Below, in pieces: positions 46,483 through 56,100 of a DNA stretch of 64,000 nucleotides. The DNA is from a virus. The first letter of the stretch is position 1. The number at the start of each line of letters is the position of its first letter. The notes beneath the pieces are model-generated. The model saw only the letters and a program-made list of their open reading frames with translations, was not told the origin of the DNA and made no database searches. The DNA lies in the IMG/VR virus record IMGVR_UViG_3300047476_001680, positions 24,751 to 88,750 of that record; one strand, given 5' to 3'. The position numbers and the translations under genes were made by a program.

Positions 46483-48586
46483 CTACACGAGATTTTACAT
46501 CGGGTAAAATATTTGTTTCCTGTCCTGTGGGGGCTCTTTGTAGAGCCAGAGCCTCGGCTTCTTGTATGGGCAGTCTCACTAGGTTCAGTGTTTGCTCAAA
46601 CTTGCCACCAGCAAAAACATTTTCTATGTCCACAATGCTGTACTTGCCCGAGAACGGAACATAGCTATACGGACCCTTGGTGGGGTCAGCCAAGCCAGTC
46701 TGTTCATTATAATCAGTGGGTGACAAAAAAGTTAGGTGCACGTAGAGCTCGTGCCCGTCCATTGAAAGACTGTTGTTGCTTATGGGGTCGGTCTGATATA
46801 TACCCACGTTGTTAAAAATATTATCCTGTTTGATGAATGTAGGATCTCCCACTATTCTCAAACGAACTTTAATCATATCTCCACGACTGTCCATTTCGCG
46901 AGCTTTGTGCGCATCTGCTGCGGCTGCACTTTTATTATCTGCACCAGGACTATTAACGTCCCCCTGCACATATCGCACAGGAACTATTTGATTAAAGCTG
47001 CTGGGATTGGTTGATTCTCCAGACTTAGTGACCTTGGTGGCGTTGGTGTCCACCATATTTTCCACAGCTAGTCCACGTTCTTTGTTGTCGGCGCCAGCAG
47101 TGTAATTGGTATTAACTATGATGGTAGATTCGTTGAAGTAAAGCATATTAAAATCCAGAGAAAATTCTAATATGTCATTGTTTTTTCCAGTGTAGATATA
47201 CTGATAGTCTTTGACCACGCCCGGTATCTGACCGGCTAGGTCGCTGGCTGGGTGTGAGTTATGCAACAGCCATTTTTTAACGTGATATTCTATTTCGTAA
47301 ATGTAGGAATTAATTTTAGTGTCAAAGTTTTTAATTTTGACGATGGGTATTATCTTAAAACCCTTGAAGCTATTGCTAGAGATAGGGTTTGTTTTATCCT
47401 TGTCTGATTTAAGATCCTTGATCTGTGCCTGGTAGGGCACCACTTGCTTGCGATAGTATTCACTGTTAATAACTAATTCTTCTATCACGTCGTCTATTCT
47501 AGTACGACTGGGTATCTTGAATTCATTTCCCGAAAAACTCAATGAAGTAAATTCTTTACCCACCGAGCTCTGTATACTGGCCTTTTTACTATCTCGAGTA
47601 TTGTTGACCACAGGCTGGGTATTTTTATTGTTCTGGTAGGCATCGGACTCACCTATTTCCTTGTCCATAATGACCCTGTATTCGTGAGCGTACTCCATTT
47701 TACCCTGCGCTACTTGATCTGTGTAAAACTTGTTGACCGCATCCACAAATCCCGACCCCTGAAAGTTTTTACCTGGTTGTGCGGGTTGAATTTCTGGTGC
47801 ATCTGATTGCCCTGGTAATGAAAAGGACTTGACACCCACCCCCAGAAAATCAATGACTTTTTCCCCTTTGATGCTAAAAGAGGTGGGCGCCTGTGCCATC
47901 ACTTCGGTCATTGCGGTTTGATTGAAGGGTACAGCTTCTACGGCATACTCAGTGCCGCGGGCTGATATCCTGGTTTTCATTGTCACAATGCTGATGGGCA
48001 GATATTTGGAAGTGTTGGGAATTATTCCAGGCTTGGGTGGATCGCTGGAGTAAAAATCTATCTGTAACATATAGGGAGCACGTGACCAGTCTCGTATACC
48101 TTTTTCTTTACACATTGCCACCATACGATTAAGCAGCGTGAAGCCCACTGGCTCCACAATAGTAAAACTTAAATTAACTAGGTTGCTGTTTTTGTTCTGA
48201 AAGGTCTTGCCCACCACAGTGCGAATTTTAAGGTTGTCCCAATAAAAATCTTCAGTGAAATAGGGATTGCGTTTAAAGTCTTCGCCGTGGCGACCGGCGC
48301 CTGCGATGAGAACATTTTTTGGTGTATATTTTCCCTTGCTGACCACATCATTATAATCTGAAGTTTCCAGCAGAGCCAGGCTGAGTATGTAGGTATAGCT
48401 GGCATAGTTATGCAGAGGATTTACTATGACTTTTTGTTTGATCTCATACTCACGGTCAGCCACCACTTCCACTGGCGGCAGTGATTTTTCTTCCTCGGTT
48501 TGTCCGCCATAGACTTCGACTTTGAGTGGCGGGCCTTGTTCAGTGGAAGGGCCTGATTTGGTCTCTGGTGGTGGTTCTACAACCAT
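46463..48586 (-). CDS. Baseplate hub protein (putative gp27-like)
   Basis: NPLHNYASYTY, IVGDP and FSGKYSIVDIENVF..GKFEQTL. Lies between the gp53 and gp5-like genes. Confidence 0.6.
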   Translation of the reverse strand: MVVEPPPETKSGPSTEQGPPLKVEVYGGQTEEEKSLPPVEVVADREYEIKQKVIVNPLHNYASYTYILSLALLETSDYNDVVSKGKYTPKNVLIAGAGRHGEDFKRNPYFTEDFYWDNLKIRTVVGKTFQNKNSNLVNLSFTIVEPVGFTLLNRMVAMCKEKGIRDWSRAPYMLQIDFYSSDPPKPGIIPNTSKYLPISIVTMKTRISARGTEYAVEAVPFNQTAMTEVMAQAPTSFSIKGEKVIDFLGVGVKSFSLPGQSDAPEIQPAQPGKNFQGSGFVDAVNKFYTDQVAQGKMEYAHEYRVIMDKEIGESDAYQNNKNTQPVVNNTRDSKKASIQSSVGKEFTSLSFSGNEFKIPSRTRIDDVIEELVINSEYYRKQVVPYQAQIKDLKSDKDKTNPISSNSFKGFKIIPIVKIKNFDTKINSYIYEIEYHVKKWLLHNSHPASDLAGQIPGVVKDYQYIYTGKNNDILEFSLDFNMLYFNESTIIVNTNYTAGADNKERGLAVENMVDTNATKVTKSGESTNPSSFNQIVPVRYVQGDVNSPGADNKSAAAADAHKAREMDSRGDMIKVRLRIVGDPTFIKQDNIFNNVGIYQTDPISNNSLSMDGHELYVHLTFLSPTDYNEQTGLADPTKGPYSYVPFSGKYSIVDIENVFAGGKFEQTLNLVRLPIQEAEALALQRAPTGQETNILPDVKSRVGASFTI

Positions 48587-48589
48587 AGG

Positions 48590-48895
48590 TTATCCTAGAA
48601 TAGAAGTAAGATTTGACTGCTTGGGTATATAAATTTTGATACCAGGTATCATATCAAACACTGGGTCTTTGAGCACATTGGGATTTCGCATTGCGAAAAC
48701 CCACCACAAATTTACATCCTCGTAGAGGTCATAGGCTAGTAAATCTGGTCGCCATTTATAAGCAGCTGGTAGTTCATAGAGAACATCACTGGCCAACTTG
48801 GGTATCACTGGCAGATCCAATACACTGAGATATTTTCCTGTGCTGCCCACTGCAAAATAATAGGGACTGTTTTTACTGTAATTAACGCTGGCCAT
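48590..48895 (-). CDS. gp53: Baseplate wedge gp53 (LysM-like)
   Basis: RPDLLAYDLY...LWWVFAMRN...GIKIYIP. Confidence 0.82.
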   Translation of the reverse strand: MASVNYSKNSPYYFAVGSTGKYLSVLDLPVIPKLASDVLYELPAAYKWRPDLLAYDLYEDVNLWWVFAMRNPNVLKDPVFDMIPGIKIYIPKQSNLTSILG

Positions 48896-49770
48896 TAGAT
48901 AAATCCTCCGCGATCGCTGTTGGGCCCTTGAGTTAGATCACCCTTGGCGTACTTGTCTAGACTAAAGTTTTCATAGATATTTCTTCTACTGTAGACTGGC
49001 TGTAGTGTTACACTTATAGAACTCATTGTGGGCAATCTCACTGTGGCCTTGTCTATGGTAGTAATGGGTTCCGTGGGACCGCCGCTCCAGTCGTACTTGG
49101 GTTGAGTGGTGGTACTCCTGGTCATTGGCACATTAATATAGTCTACATCCTGTGGCATAGTGTGACTGAAGGTTGTCAGCACACAAGGCACATTGGGCAA
49201 ATAGGGTGCGCCGTAGCCATTTAAAAATACCAGTGGAGGGGGAGTGCCTGCTATGCTATCTGCACCGAAAAACATCTTGGTACAACTCCTAAAAAAATGC
49301 ACAGCAGCCATAAGGTAGCGTCCCTCGGCCATATTTTGTACTGTAAAGTCGCCCGAAATAGTTATGGGACTAATTTCGCTACTCTGATAGTAAACTATAG
49401 GGTAATTACTGTGTGTAAGGCTTTCCACTCCATACTTTGCACTGTGGCTCATAGTAAACTGAGGGGTATAGGGAAATATTACCCCGTTGGTCTCTTGAAG
49501 TGGTGACATAAATATACTATCACTATACTTGAAATACGAAGAGCTTGCTGGAGCGAGACTAATTCTTACACGCCAATCATTATCTGCACTCAAGGTTTGC
49601 TTGGAACCGCTATTCATATCAATGTTTAATACTTGGCCTTTGATATTGTCCAAAGCTTGCTTGCCGCCTTTTTGTATTGCTGAACCCAATCGCCCAGCAC
49701 CTTCTTTAAAGTTATTGGCTAGACTAGTCGCTCCGTTACTTACGGATTGTTTTATTTTTTCAAAAGACAT
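48895..49770 (-). CDS. Tail tube initiator / baseplate-tube junction (gp48/gp54-like)
   Basis: FPYTP, GTPPPLVFLNGYG...NVPCVL motifs and position. Confidence 0.6.
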   Translation of the reverse strand: MSFEKIKQSVSNGATSLANNFKEGAGRLGSAIQKGGKQALDNIKGQVLNIDMNSGSKQTLSADNDWRVRISLAPASSSYFKYSDSIFMSPLQETNGVIFPYTPQFTMSHSAKYGVESLTHSNYPIVYYQSSEISPITISGDFTVQNMAEGRYLMAAVHFFRSCTKMFFGADSIAGTPPPLVFLNGYGAPYLPNVPCVLTTFSHTMPQDVDYINVPMTRSTTTQPKYDWSGGPTEPITTIDKATVRLPTMSSISVTLQPVYSRRNIYENFSLDKYAKGDLTQGPNSDRGGFI

Positions 49771-49793
49771 TTCAGTGTTTACCCAGTGTAGGG

Positions 49794-49801
49794 TATTTAT
49801 C
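49794..49801 (-). promoter_or_regulatory. Late promoter GATAAATA heading the baseplate operon
   Basis: The same octamer recurs before several structural genes. Confidence 0.7.
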
Positions 49802-49857
49802 AGTAAAATAAACTGCTGTTATTTTAACAAAAATATGGTAAAAAGTTGAAAAAGGTA

Positions 49858-49886
49858 TTGACAATTTGTTTATTTTTTACTAATAT
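49858..49886 (+). promoter_or_regulatory. Sigma70-type promoter TTGACA-N17-TAATAT upstream of gp55
   Basis: Perfect -35 box at 49858-49863, 17-nt spacer, and a 4/6 -10 box at 49881-49886. Confidence 0.7.
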
Positions 49887-49904
49887 TAGCTAAAGGACCA
49901 AAAA

Positions 49905-50789
49905 ATGAAATTTAACTATCTTAACAACAAAGACATACTCAAGGAAATACATAAAAGTAAAAATACTTACTGCGTTTATAAAGACCCCGAGGCCGCTGAT
50001 TACGACATAATTGTGCCCGATCTCTCCAAGATTAATAAAAAGAATATTCTGCAAGCTAGAAAGAATCGAGCGGAAAGACTGGCCAAGTTAGCCCACGACG
50101 AAGCTGTGGCTAGTACTGGTCAAAAGCAAAAGATGGAAAACTTTGAAATAAAGTACACCAAGATACCACAGACTGATGTGGTATTTAGAGTGATGACTTG
50201 GGAGCATATTCCACTGGATGACGCCAAGACACAACGTGCCCGTGACGCCGCTCGTGAGCTTTTTGAAGACGAGGAAGAAGAGGCCTATACTGAATACGAT
50301 GAAGATGACCCCAAGCACAATAAGTACGTCAAAGTCAATTTTCCACCGTTCCAACATTTTAGAGTAGACGAAGAAGGAGTTCCGATCCTAGTAGGCAAAA
50401 GCCACTGGCAGGGTGGGCTCAAGCGTGGTAAGTTTTGTCGAGACCACGGACAGATGACCAATAAATTGGCTCATATGTTTATTAAATTATGTGAGCGTTA
50501 TGCTACCCGTAGTAACTGGCGAGGTTACACATACAATGATGAAATGCGCAGCCAGGCATTATTACAGTTATCACAGATTGGTCTACAATTTGACGAAAGC
50601 AAGTCACAAAATCCATTTGCCTACTACACCGCAGCCATCACCAATAGTTTTACCCGTGTGCTTAATATCGAAAAACGAAATCAAAATATTCGCGACGATA
50701 TTCTAGAAATGAATGGATTGAATCCCAGTTACACACGCCAGGGGGCAGGAAGTTGGACCGGCGGAGACGGTGGCTACTATGATGAATAA
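49905..50789 (+). CDS. gp55: Late-transcription sigma factor gp55
   Basis: YLNNKD N-terminus, NWRGYTYNDEM and FDESKSQNPFAYYT. Precedes gp47/gp46 as in T4-like phages. Confidence 0.88.
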   Translation: MKFNYLNNKDILKEIHKSKNTYCVYKDPEAADYDIIVPDLSKINKKNILQARKNRAERLAKLAHDEAVASTGQKQKMENFEIKYTKIPQTDVVFRVMTWEHIPLDDAKTQRARDAARELFEDEEEEAYTEYDEDDPKHNKYVKVNFPPFQHFRVDEEGVPILVGKSHWQGGLKRGKFCRDHGQMTNKLAHMFIKLCERYATRSNWRGYTYNDEMRSQALLQLSQIGLQFDESKSQNPFAYYTAAITNSFTRVLNIEKRNQNIRDDILEMNGLNPSYTRQGAGSWTGGDGGYYDE

Positions 50790-50818
50790 TATCTGAATAG
50801 ATTGATAACCAAAGTCCA

Positions 50819-50847
50819 TTGAAATCTAGCTGCTGACCGTGTATACT
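50819..50847 (+). promoter_or_regulatory. Sigma70-type promoter TTGAAA-N17-TATACT, likely giving a leaderless gp47 mRNA
   Basis: The -35 box is at 50819-50824 and the -10 box at 50842-50847. The ATG is at 50854. Confidence 0.65.
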
Positions 50848-50853
50848 TAATGA

Positions 50854-51876
50854 ATGTCTAATTTATTCAAACGAGCAGCCATCTGTACAGATATACATTT
50901 TGGCCTAAAATCTAACAGCACCCAGCATAACGAGGACTGTCTAGATTTCATCAAATGGTTCACCGCCAAGGCTAAGGAAGAAGGGTGTGAAACAGCGTTT
51001 TTTCTTGGAGACTGGCATAACAATCGCGCCAGTCTTAACATTGTCACACTCAACTATAGCTTAAGGGCACTGGAACATTTAAATGATAACTTTGATGTTG
51101 TATATTTTATACCTGGGAATCACGATCTTTATTATCGCGACAAGCGTGATGTTCAGTCAGTTGAATGGGCTCGGCACCTCCCCAATGTCAAAATTTGCAA
51201 CGATTGGTTTCAAAGTGGGGATGTCGTTATCGCTCCTTGGCTTGTCGGGAATGATCATAAGCGTATTCCAAAGCTAAAAGGCAAATATATGTTTGGGCAT
51301 TTTGAACTGCCGCATTTTTATATGAATGCGATGGTGCAGATGCCGGACCACGGAGAAGTCAAATCAGAACTATTTCGTGGCTTTGACCAAGTGTACACTG
51401 GGCACTTCCATAAACGCCAGACTCGAGGCAATATCACTTATATTGGTAACTGTTTCCCGCATAACTATGCCGATGCCGGCGATGATGAACGTGGTATGTT
51501 AATACTAGACTGGGATGGCACTGAACAATACTTTGCCTGGCCAGGACAACCCAAGTACAGAGTTTATGACCTAGGGGAGCTCTTGGAAGAAGCCGAGGCA
51601 GTGCAGAAGCTACTGGAAAATATGCACGTAAGAGTCAATTTAGACATTGACATCAGCTACGAAGAGGCTAGCTTTTTGCGTGATACATTTTTGAGCCAGT
51701 ATAAACTTCGTGAAATTAGCCTGCTGCCCAAGAAGAACACCGACCTAGAAAAATACGAAATACAGGGCAATGTAAAATTTGAAAGCGTGGATCAGATCGT
51801 GATCAATCAGCTTACCAACATCGTCGATGGTCAGTTTGACAAAAAGCTCTTGCTGGACATCTACAGGAACCTATAA
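50854..51876 (+). CDS. gp47: Recombination endonuclease subunit gp47 (Mre11/SbcD-like)
   Basis: Metallophosphoesterase motifs DIHFG, LGDW, GNHD, GHFE and GHFH. Confidence 0.93.
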   Translation: MSNLFKRAAICTDIHFGLKSNSTQHNEDCLDFIKWFTAKAKEEGCETAFFLGDWHNNRASLNIVTLNYSLRALEHLNDNFDVVYFIPGNHDLYYRDKRDVQSVEWARHLPNVKICNDWFQSGDVVIAPWLVGNDHKRIPKLKGKYMFGHFELPHFYMNAMVQMPDHGEVKSELFRGFDQVYTGHFHKRQTRGNITYIGNCFPHNYADAGDDERGMLILDWDGTEQYFAWPGQPKYRVYDLGELLEEAEAVQKLLENMHVRVNLDIDISYEEASFLRDTFLSQYKLREISLLPKKNTDLEKYEIQGNVKFESVDQIVINQLTNIVDGQFDKKLLLDIYRNL

Positions 51877-51881
51877 TCGCT

Positions 51882-53654
51882 ATGTTCAAAATTAAGTCGT
51901 TAACACTAAAAAACTTTATGAGTGTGGGTAATGCCACACAGGCAGTTAATTTTGATCGTGAAGATCTGACCCTGGTGCTGGGCGAAAACGTAGACCTGGG
52001 CGGGGATGATGCTGGTGCTAGAAATGGCACTGGTAAAACTACCATCATTAATGCCCTGAGCTATGCGCTCTACGGTGAAGCACTGACCAAGATTAAAAAA
52101 GATAACTTGATCAATCGCACCAATGCCAAAAATATGTTAGTGACCATTGACTTTGAGTGTAATGGTCAGGAATACAGAATTGAACGAGGCCGTAAACCCA
52201 ATGTAATGAAGTTTTTTATTGGCGGCGATGAACAAGAACAAAAAGAAGATGAGAGTCAGGGAGACAGTCGTGAAACACAAGCGGCCATCGAGCACTTACT
52301 CAATATGAGCCCGGATATGTTCAGGCACATTGTTGCCCTGAATACCTACACTGAGCCCTTCCTAAGCCTCAGGGCTAATGATCAGAGAACTATTATCGAA
52401 CAATTACTGGGTATTACTATGCTCAGTGAAAAAGCCGAGTCACTCAAGGAGCAGCAAAAGCTGACCAAGGAAGCCATACAGGAAGAGGACTTTAGGATCA
52501 AGGCCACTCTGGATGCCAACAAACGCATACAGGAACAGATTGCCAACACTGAACGCAGACAAAAACTCTGGCGCCAGAAACACGACGAGGATTTAGCCGC
52601 CATACAGGCCGCTTACGATGAACTTGCCAAGTTGGACATTGAGCAAGAGTTACTGGCACACCAGGCTTTGACCAATTATAAGGAACAGATTAGAACTTTG
52701 CAGGAAAGTCAACGCTGGATCAAGAGCATAGACTCTGAAAACGCCAAGTTGAACAAGACCGTGGAGACTTTAAAAAAAGAACTAGCCGCCCTGGACAATC
52801 ACGAATGTTACGCCTGTGGGCAGGCATTACACGACAGTAAACAAGACGAGATTCGTGCTGCTAAAACCAAACAGATGCAGGAGACTGCGCTGCAAATTCT
52901 TTCCAACGAAACACAACGTGGCGAGCATCAGGCTGTGGTGGAATCTTTAAAGTCGCTGGGTGCTGAACCCGTGACTTTTTATGCTACCGAAGGCGACGCT
53001 TTTGAACACCGTAGCAGTATGGCGGCACTGCTCACTCAGTTGTCTGCAAAGCAGGCCGAGCACGACCCCTACCAGGATGCCATCACAGAAATGCGTGAGC
53101 AGGCCCTGCAGGAAGTAAGCTACGATCTAGTTAACGAACTGACCAGTCTTCGAGACCACCAGGAGTTTTTGTTAAAACTACTGAGTAACAAGGACAGTTT
53201 CATTCGCAAGCGTATTATTGATCAGAACTTAAACTACCTAAATGCCCGACTGGGTCACTACTTGGATAAAATTGGCCTACCGCACACAGTTAAATTTAAC
53301 AATGACCTCACAGTGAGTATTGAAGAGCTGGGCCGTGAACTAGACTTTGATAATTTAAGTCGCGGTGAACGCAACAGATTAATTTTAAGTCTGAGCTGGG
53401 CTTTTCGTGATGTCTGGGAGAGTTTATATCAGAGTGTTAATTTATTGTTTATTGATGAGCTAATTGACAGTGGACTGGATAGTTCGGGTGTGGAAAATAG
53501 TCTTGCATTGCTGAAAAAAATGAGCCGAGAAGGCAACAAGAGTGTCTGGTTAGTGTCTCATAAAGACGAACTGATTGGACGAGTGGGCAATATTATGCGA
53601 GTGGTCAAAGAAAACGGATATACAATTTACAATACTGATGTTGACCTCGCCTAA
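51882..53654 (+). CDS. gp46: Recombination ATPase subunit gp46 (Rad50/SbcC-like)
   Basis: KNFMSVG, Walker A NGTGKTT, zinc hook CYAC, signature LSRGE, Walker B LFIDE and VSH. Confidence 0.95.
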   Translation: MFKIKSLTLKNFMSVGNATQAVNFDREDLTLVLGENVDLGGDDAGARNGTGKTTIINALSYALYGEALTKIKKDNLINRTNAKNMLVTIDFECNGQEYRIERGRKPNVMKFFIGGDEQEQKEDESQGDSRETQAAIEHLLNMSPDMFRHIVALNTYTEPFLSLRANDQRTIIEQLLGITMLSEKAESLKEQQKLTKEAIQEEDFRIKATLDANKRIQEQIANTERRQKLWRQKHDEDLAAIQAAYDELAKLDIEQELLAHQALTNYKEQIRTLQESQRWIKSIDSENAKLNKTVETLKKELAALDNHECYACGQALHDSKQDEIRAAKTKQMQETALQILSNETQRGEHQAVVESLKSLGAEPVTFYATEGDAFEHRSSMAALLTQLSAKQAEHDPYQDAITEMREQALQEVSYDLVNELTSLRDHQEFLLKLLSNKDSFIRKRIIDQNLNYLNARLGHYLDKIGLPHTVKFNNDLTVSIEELGRELDFDNLSRGERNRLILSLSWAFRDVWESLYQSVNLLFIDELIDSGLDSSGVENSLALLKKMSREGNKSVWLVSHKDELIGRVGNIMRVVKENGYTIYNTDVDLA

Positions 53655-54501
53655 AATTTTACATTTAGAACCCACTGATGTGTGTAATCTAGAATGTCCG
53701 CTATGTGCTCGTGTAGTTGACACTGAATTCAACTCCGCACACCAAAATCATCTTAATGTCAATCAAATAAAAGCATTGTTTAGCGTGGACGAGATTAAAT
53801 GTTTAGACAAGATGTTTATGTGTGGTAATTATGGTGACCCAGCGGCAGGAAAATTCACACTAGAATTATACAGATATTTTCGTGAGGTCAACACCAATAT
53901 TATTCTAGGTATGAACACTAGCGGAAGTTTGCGCAATGTCGAGTGGTGGATTGAACTAGCGCATATTTTAAATAAATCAAAAGATTATGTAGTGTTTAGC
54001 ATTGACGGACTTGAAGATACTAACCACATTTATAGAGTCAATAGTATCTGGGATAAAATTATCACTAATGCCACTGCATTTATTCGTGCTGGTGGACAGG
54101 CGCACTGGGATATGTTAGTATATAGACATAATGAACATCAAGTTGAAGCTGCTATACAGCTGGCCCGACAGATAGGATTTAAATGGTTTAGAACTAAAGT
54201 AAGCAAACGCCCCCTAGTTAACGGACTCGAGACCCCCGTGCACTGGGTTAAGCCATCAATTACTCTTGGCACTATTGATTGTATTGCACTGCGTGAACAA
54301 AGTCTTTATGTAGATGCTACTGGTAGAATAAGCCCCTGTTGTTGGCTGGGTGCTAGAAAAAGTAATTTTATTGCCGATTTTGATCAAGTCAAGGCATCTT
54401 GGCTGTCAGACAAACCTGAACCAACTTGTTTAATGACTTGCGGCACTAGATCTAATATATCAAATTTTGAAAATCAATGGACTAGCGAGGTGGAATTATG
54501 A
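53638..54501 (+). CDS. Radical SAM protein with C-terminal twitch/SPASM-like module
   Basis: CNLECPLC, GNYGDP, FSIDG, and C-terminal C...SPCCW...CLMTC. The likely start is ATG 53638. Confidence 0.9.
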   Translation: MLTSPKILHLEPTDVCNLECPLCARVVDTEFNSAHQNHLNVNQIKALFSVDEIKCLDKMFMCGNYGDPAAGKFTLELYRYFREVNTNIILGMNTSGSLRNVEWWIELAHILNKSKDYVVFSIDGLEDTNHIYRVNSIWDKIITNATAFIRAGGQAHWDMLVYRHNEHQVEAAIQLARQIGFKWFRTKVSKRPLVNGLETPVHWVKPSITLGTIDCIALREQSLYVDATGRISPCCWLGARKSNFIADFDQVKASWLSDKPEPTCLMTCGTRSNISNFENQWTSEVEL

Positions 54502-55511
54502 AACTAGCTACCTGGCATTGGCATATAGAAATTTCCAGTAAATGTACACTACGGTGCCCACGTTGTGCTAGATCTGAAGTTCCTGACTCATTGGTGAATA
54601 CTGAGTTAAGTTTAGATTTTTTTAAAAACACATTTACCCCTAAATTCATAAAAGACAATTTAGAAAAAATTACATTCTGTGGGGATGATGGAGATCCAAT
54701 CTACGCTCACGATTTAATACCTGTAATAGAATATATCAAAAGTGTTAAGCCGGTTAAATTTGTTATCATCACTAACGGTAGTTATAAAAAAGCTAGTTGG
54801 TGGAAACAGCTTGGCCAAATACTTGACGAAAATGATCACGTACATTGGAGTCTAGACGGATGGGATCAAGACAGTAACGAAAAGTACAGGGTTAATTGCA
54901 ACTGGGCGAGTATCATTGAAGGTATAAGAGAGTTTCGAGCATCGAGCTCGGCTTATATGACCTGGGCTTGTATAGCATTTAAGTTTAATCAAGATCACAT
55001 AGAGTCAATGAAGTTAATGGCACGTGATCTTGGCTTTGATCAGTTCCAGTTGACTCTTAGCACGAAATTTAATAAAGTATATCCTGTATATCCTGCAGGA
55101 GATACTTTACAACCACGTGGTGATTTGATTAGCGACAACTATAGATTTCAACGACAATTTGAATATATTAGTGGTCGTAGACCAAGCAACGTTGGTGTAA
55201 ATACAAATCTTGGCCTTTATAATTCGGCTCAAACATATAACGATGTCAAACCGCTATGTAGCATAGGAAATAAAGGATTGTATTTAAACAGCCAAGGGCG
55301 ATTATTTCCTTGCTGCTGGGTCGCCAATAGATATAATCACAACAATGAATGGGCTAAATTAAGCGAACGTTTTGATTTAAATATTCGTTCGATAGATTCA
55401 GTGTTATCTGACCCGTTTTGGTCTGGTGATTTTGAAAATTTTCACTGGACTGAATGCAACACTAAATGTAATATACAAGTAGTAGATGAACAGTATTCTA
55501 CCGAATGGTAA
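54498..55511 (+). CDS. Radical SAM protein with C-terminal twitch/SPASM-like module
   Basis: CTLRCPRC, GDDGDP, TNGS, SLDG, and C-terminal C...FPCCW...CNTKC. Confidence 0.9.
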   Translation: MKLATWHWHIEISSKCTLRCPRCARSEVPDSLVNTELSLDFFKNTFTPKFIKDNLEKITFCGDDGDPIYAHDLIPVIEYIKSVKPVKFVIITNGSYKKASWWKQLGQILDENDHVHWSLDGWDQDSNEKYRVNCNWASIIEGIREFRASSSAYMTWACIAFKFNQDHIESMKLMARDLGFDQFQLTLSTKFNKVYPVYPAGDTLQPRGDLISDNYRFQRQFEYISGRRPSNVGVNTNLGLYNSAQTYNDVKPLCSIGNKGLYLNSQGRLFPCCWVANRYNHNNEWAKLSERFDLNIRSIDSVLSDPFWSGDFENFHWTECNTKCNIQVVDEQYSTEW

Positions 55512-55534
55512 TACTACTATAATAAGAAAATCAA

Positions 55535-56095
55535 ATGCCAAGTCCACAAAAAGCCAAGGGTTCAAGCTGGGAGCGAGATGTCGCAAAATATCTTAGCGAC
55601 CTTTACGGGGAAACATTTATACGTGCCCCAGGATCTGGCGCTTATGTGGGCGGATCTAACGCAAAACGCAAGGAAGTGCTACACGAAGGGCAGATTAGAA
55701 GCTTTAAAGGTGATATTGTGCCCGGGCAGAGCTTCCCACGTTTAAATGCTGAATGCAAAAGTTATAGCGATCTAGCGTTTCATCAACTTTTCACCGGCAG
55801 CGTTAAACAATTAGATAGCTGGATCACACAGTGTTTGGATGCTGGTGACGCCGGTGATGCTAATATCATTTTTATGAAGTTCAATCGAAAAGGTAAATTT
55901 ATATTATTACAAATTAAGCCATCTGACACCACGTCAACTAAAAACCACGAAAATATCTCTGACACCACGTCAAATCTTGTTTTAAAAAATCACTTTATAT
56001 ACAACACAGAAAGCCAGGGGACCTGGGTTTTAATGTCCCTGGAAAGTTTTTTTGATTTAAATGCCGCAGAGTTTAAACAACTCTGCGCTGCGTAA
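55535..56095 (+). CDS. Holliday junction resolvase (Hjc-type PD-(D/E)xK nuclease)
   Basis: KGSSWERDVA, RAPGSGA, GDIV and NAECK. Confidence 0.8.
   Translation: MPSPQKAKGSSWERDVAKYLSDLYGETFIRAPGSGAYVGGSNAKRKEVLHEGQIRSFKGDIVPGQSFPRLNAECKSYSDLAFHQLFTGSVKQLDSWITQCLDAGDAGDANIIFMKFNRKGKFILLQIKPSDTTSTKNHENISDTTSNLVLKNHFIYNTESQGTWVLMSLESFFDLNAAEFKQLCAA
55922..55973. repeat. Perfect 16-bp direct repeat TCTGACACCACGTCAA, two copies with 36-bp period
   Basis: Copies at 55922-55937 and 55958-55973. Each has an internal TGAC-N5-GTCA dyad. Confidence 0.9.
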
Positions 56096-56100
56096 TACAG

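Noticed and set aside
53575-53637. ORF-track start of the first recombination-operon radical SAM gene
   Set aside because: It overlaps the conserved gp46 C-terminus by 80 nt. ATG 53638 fits the domain start better.
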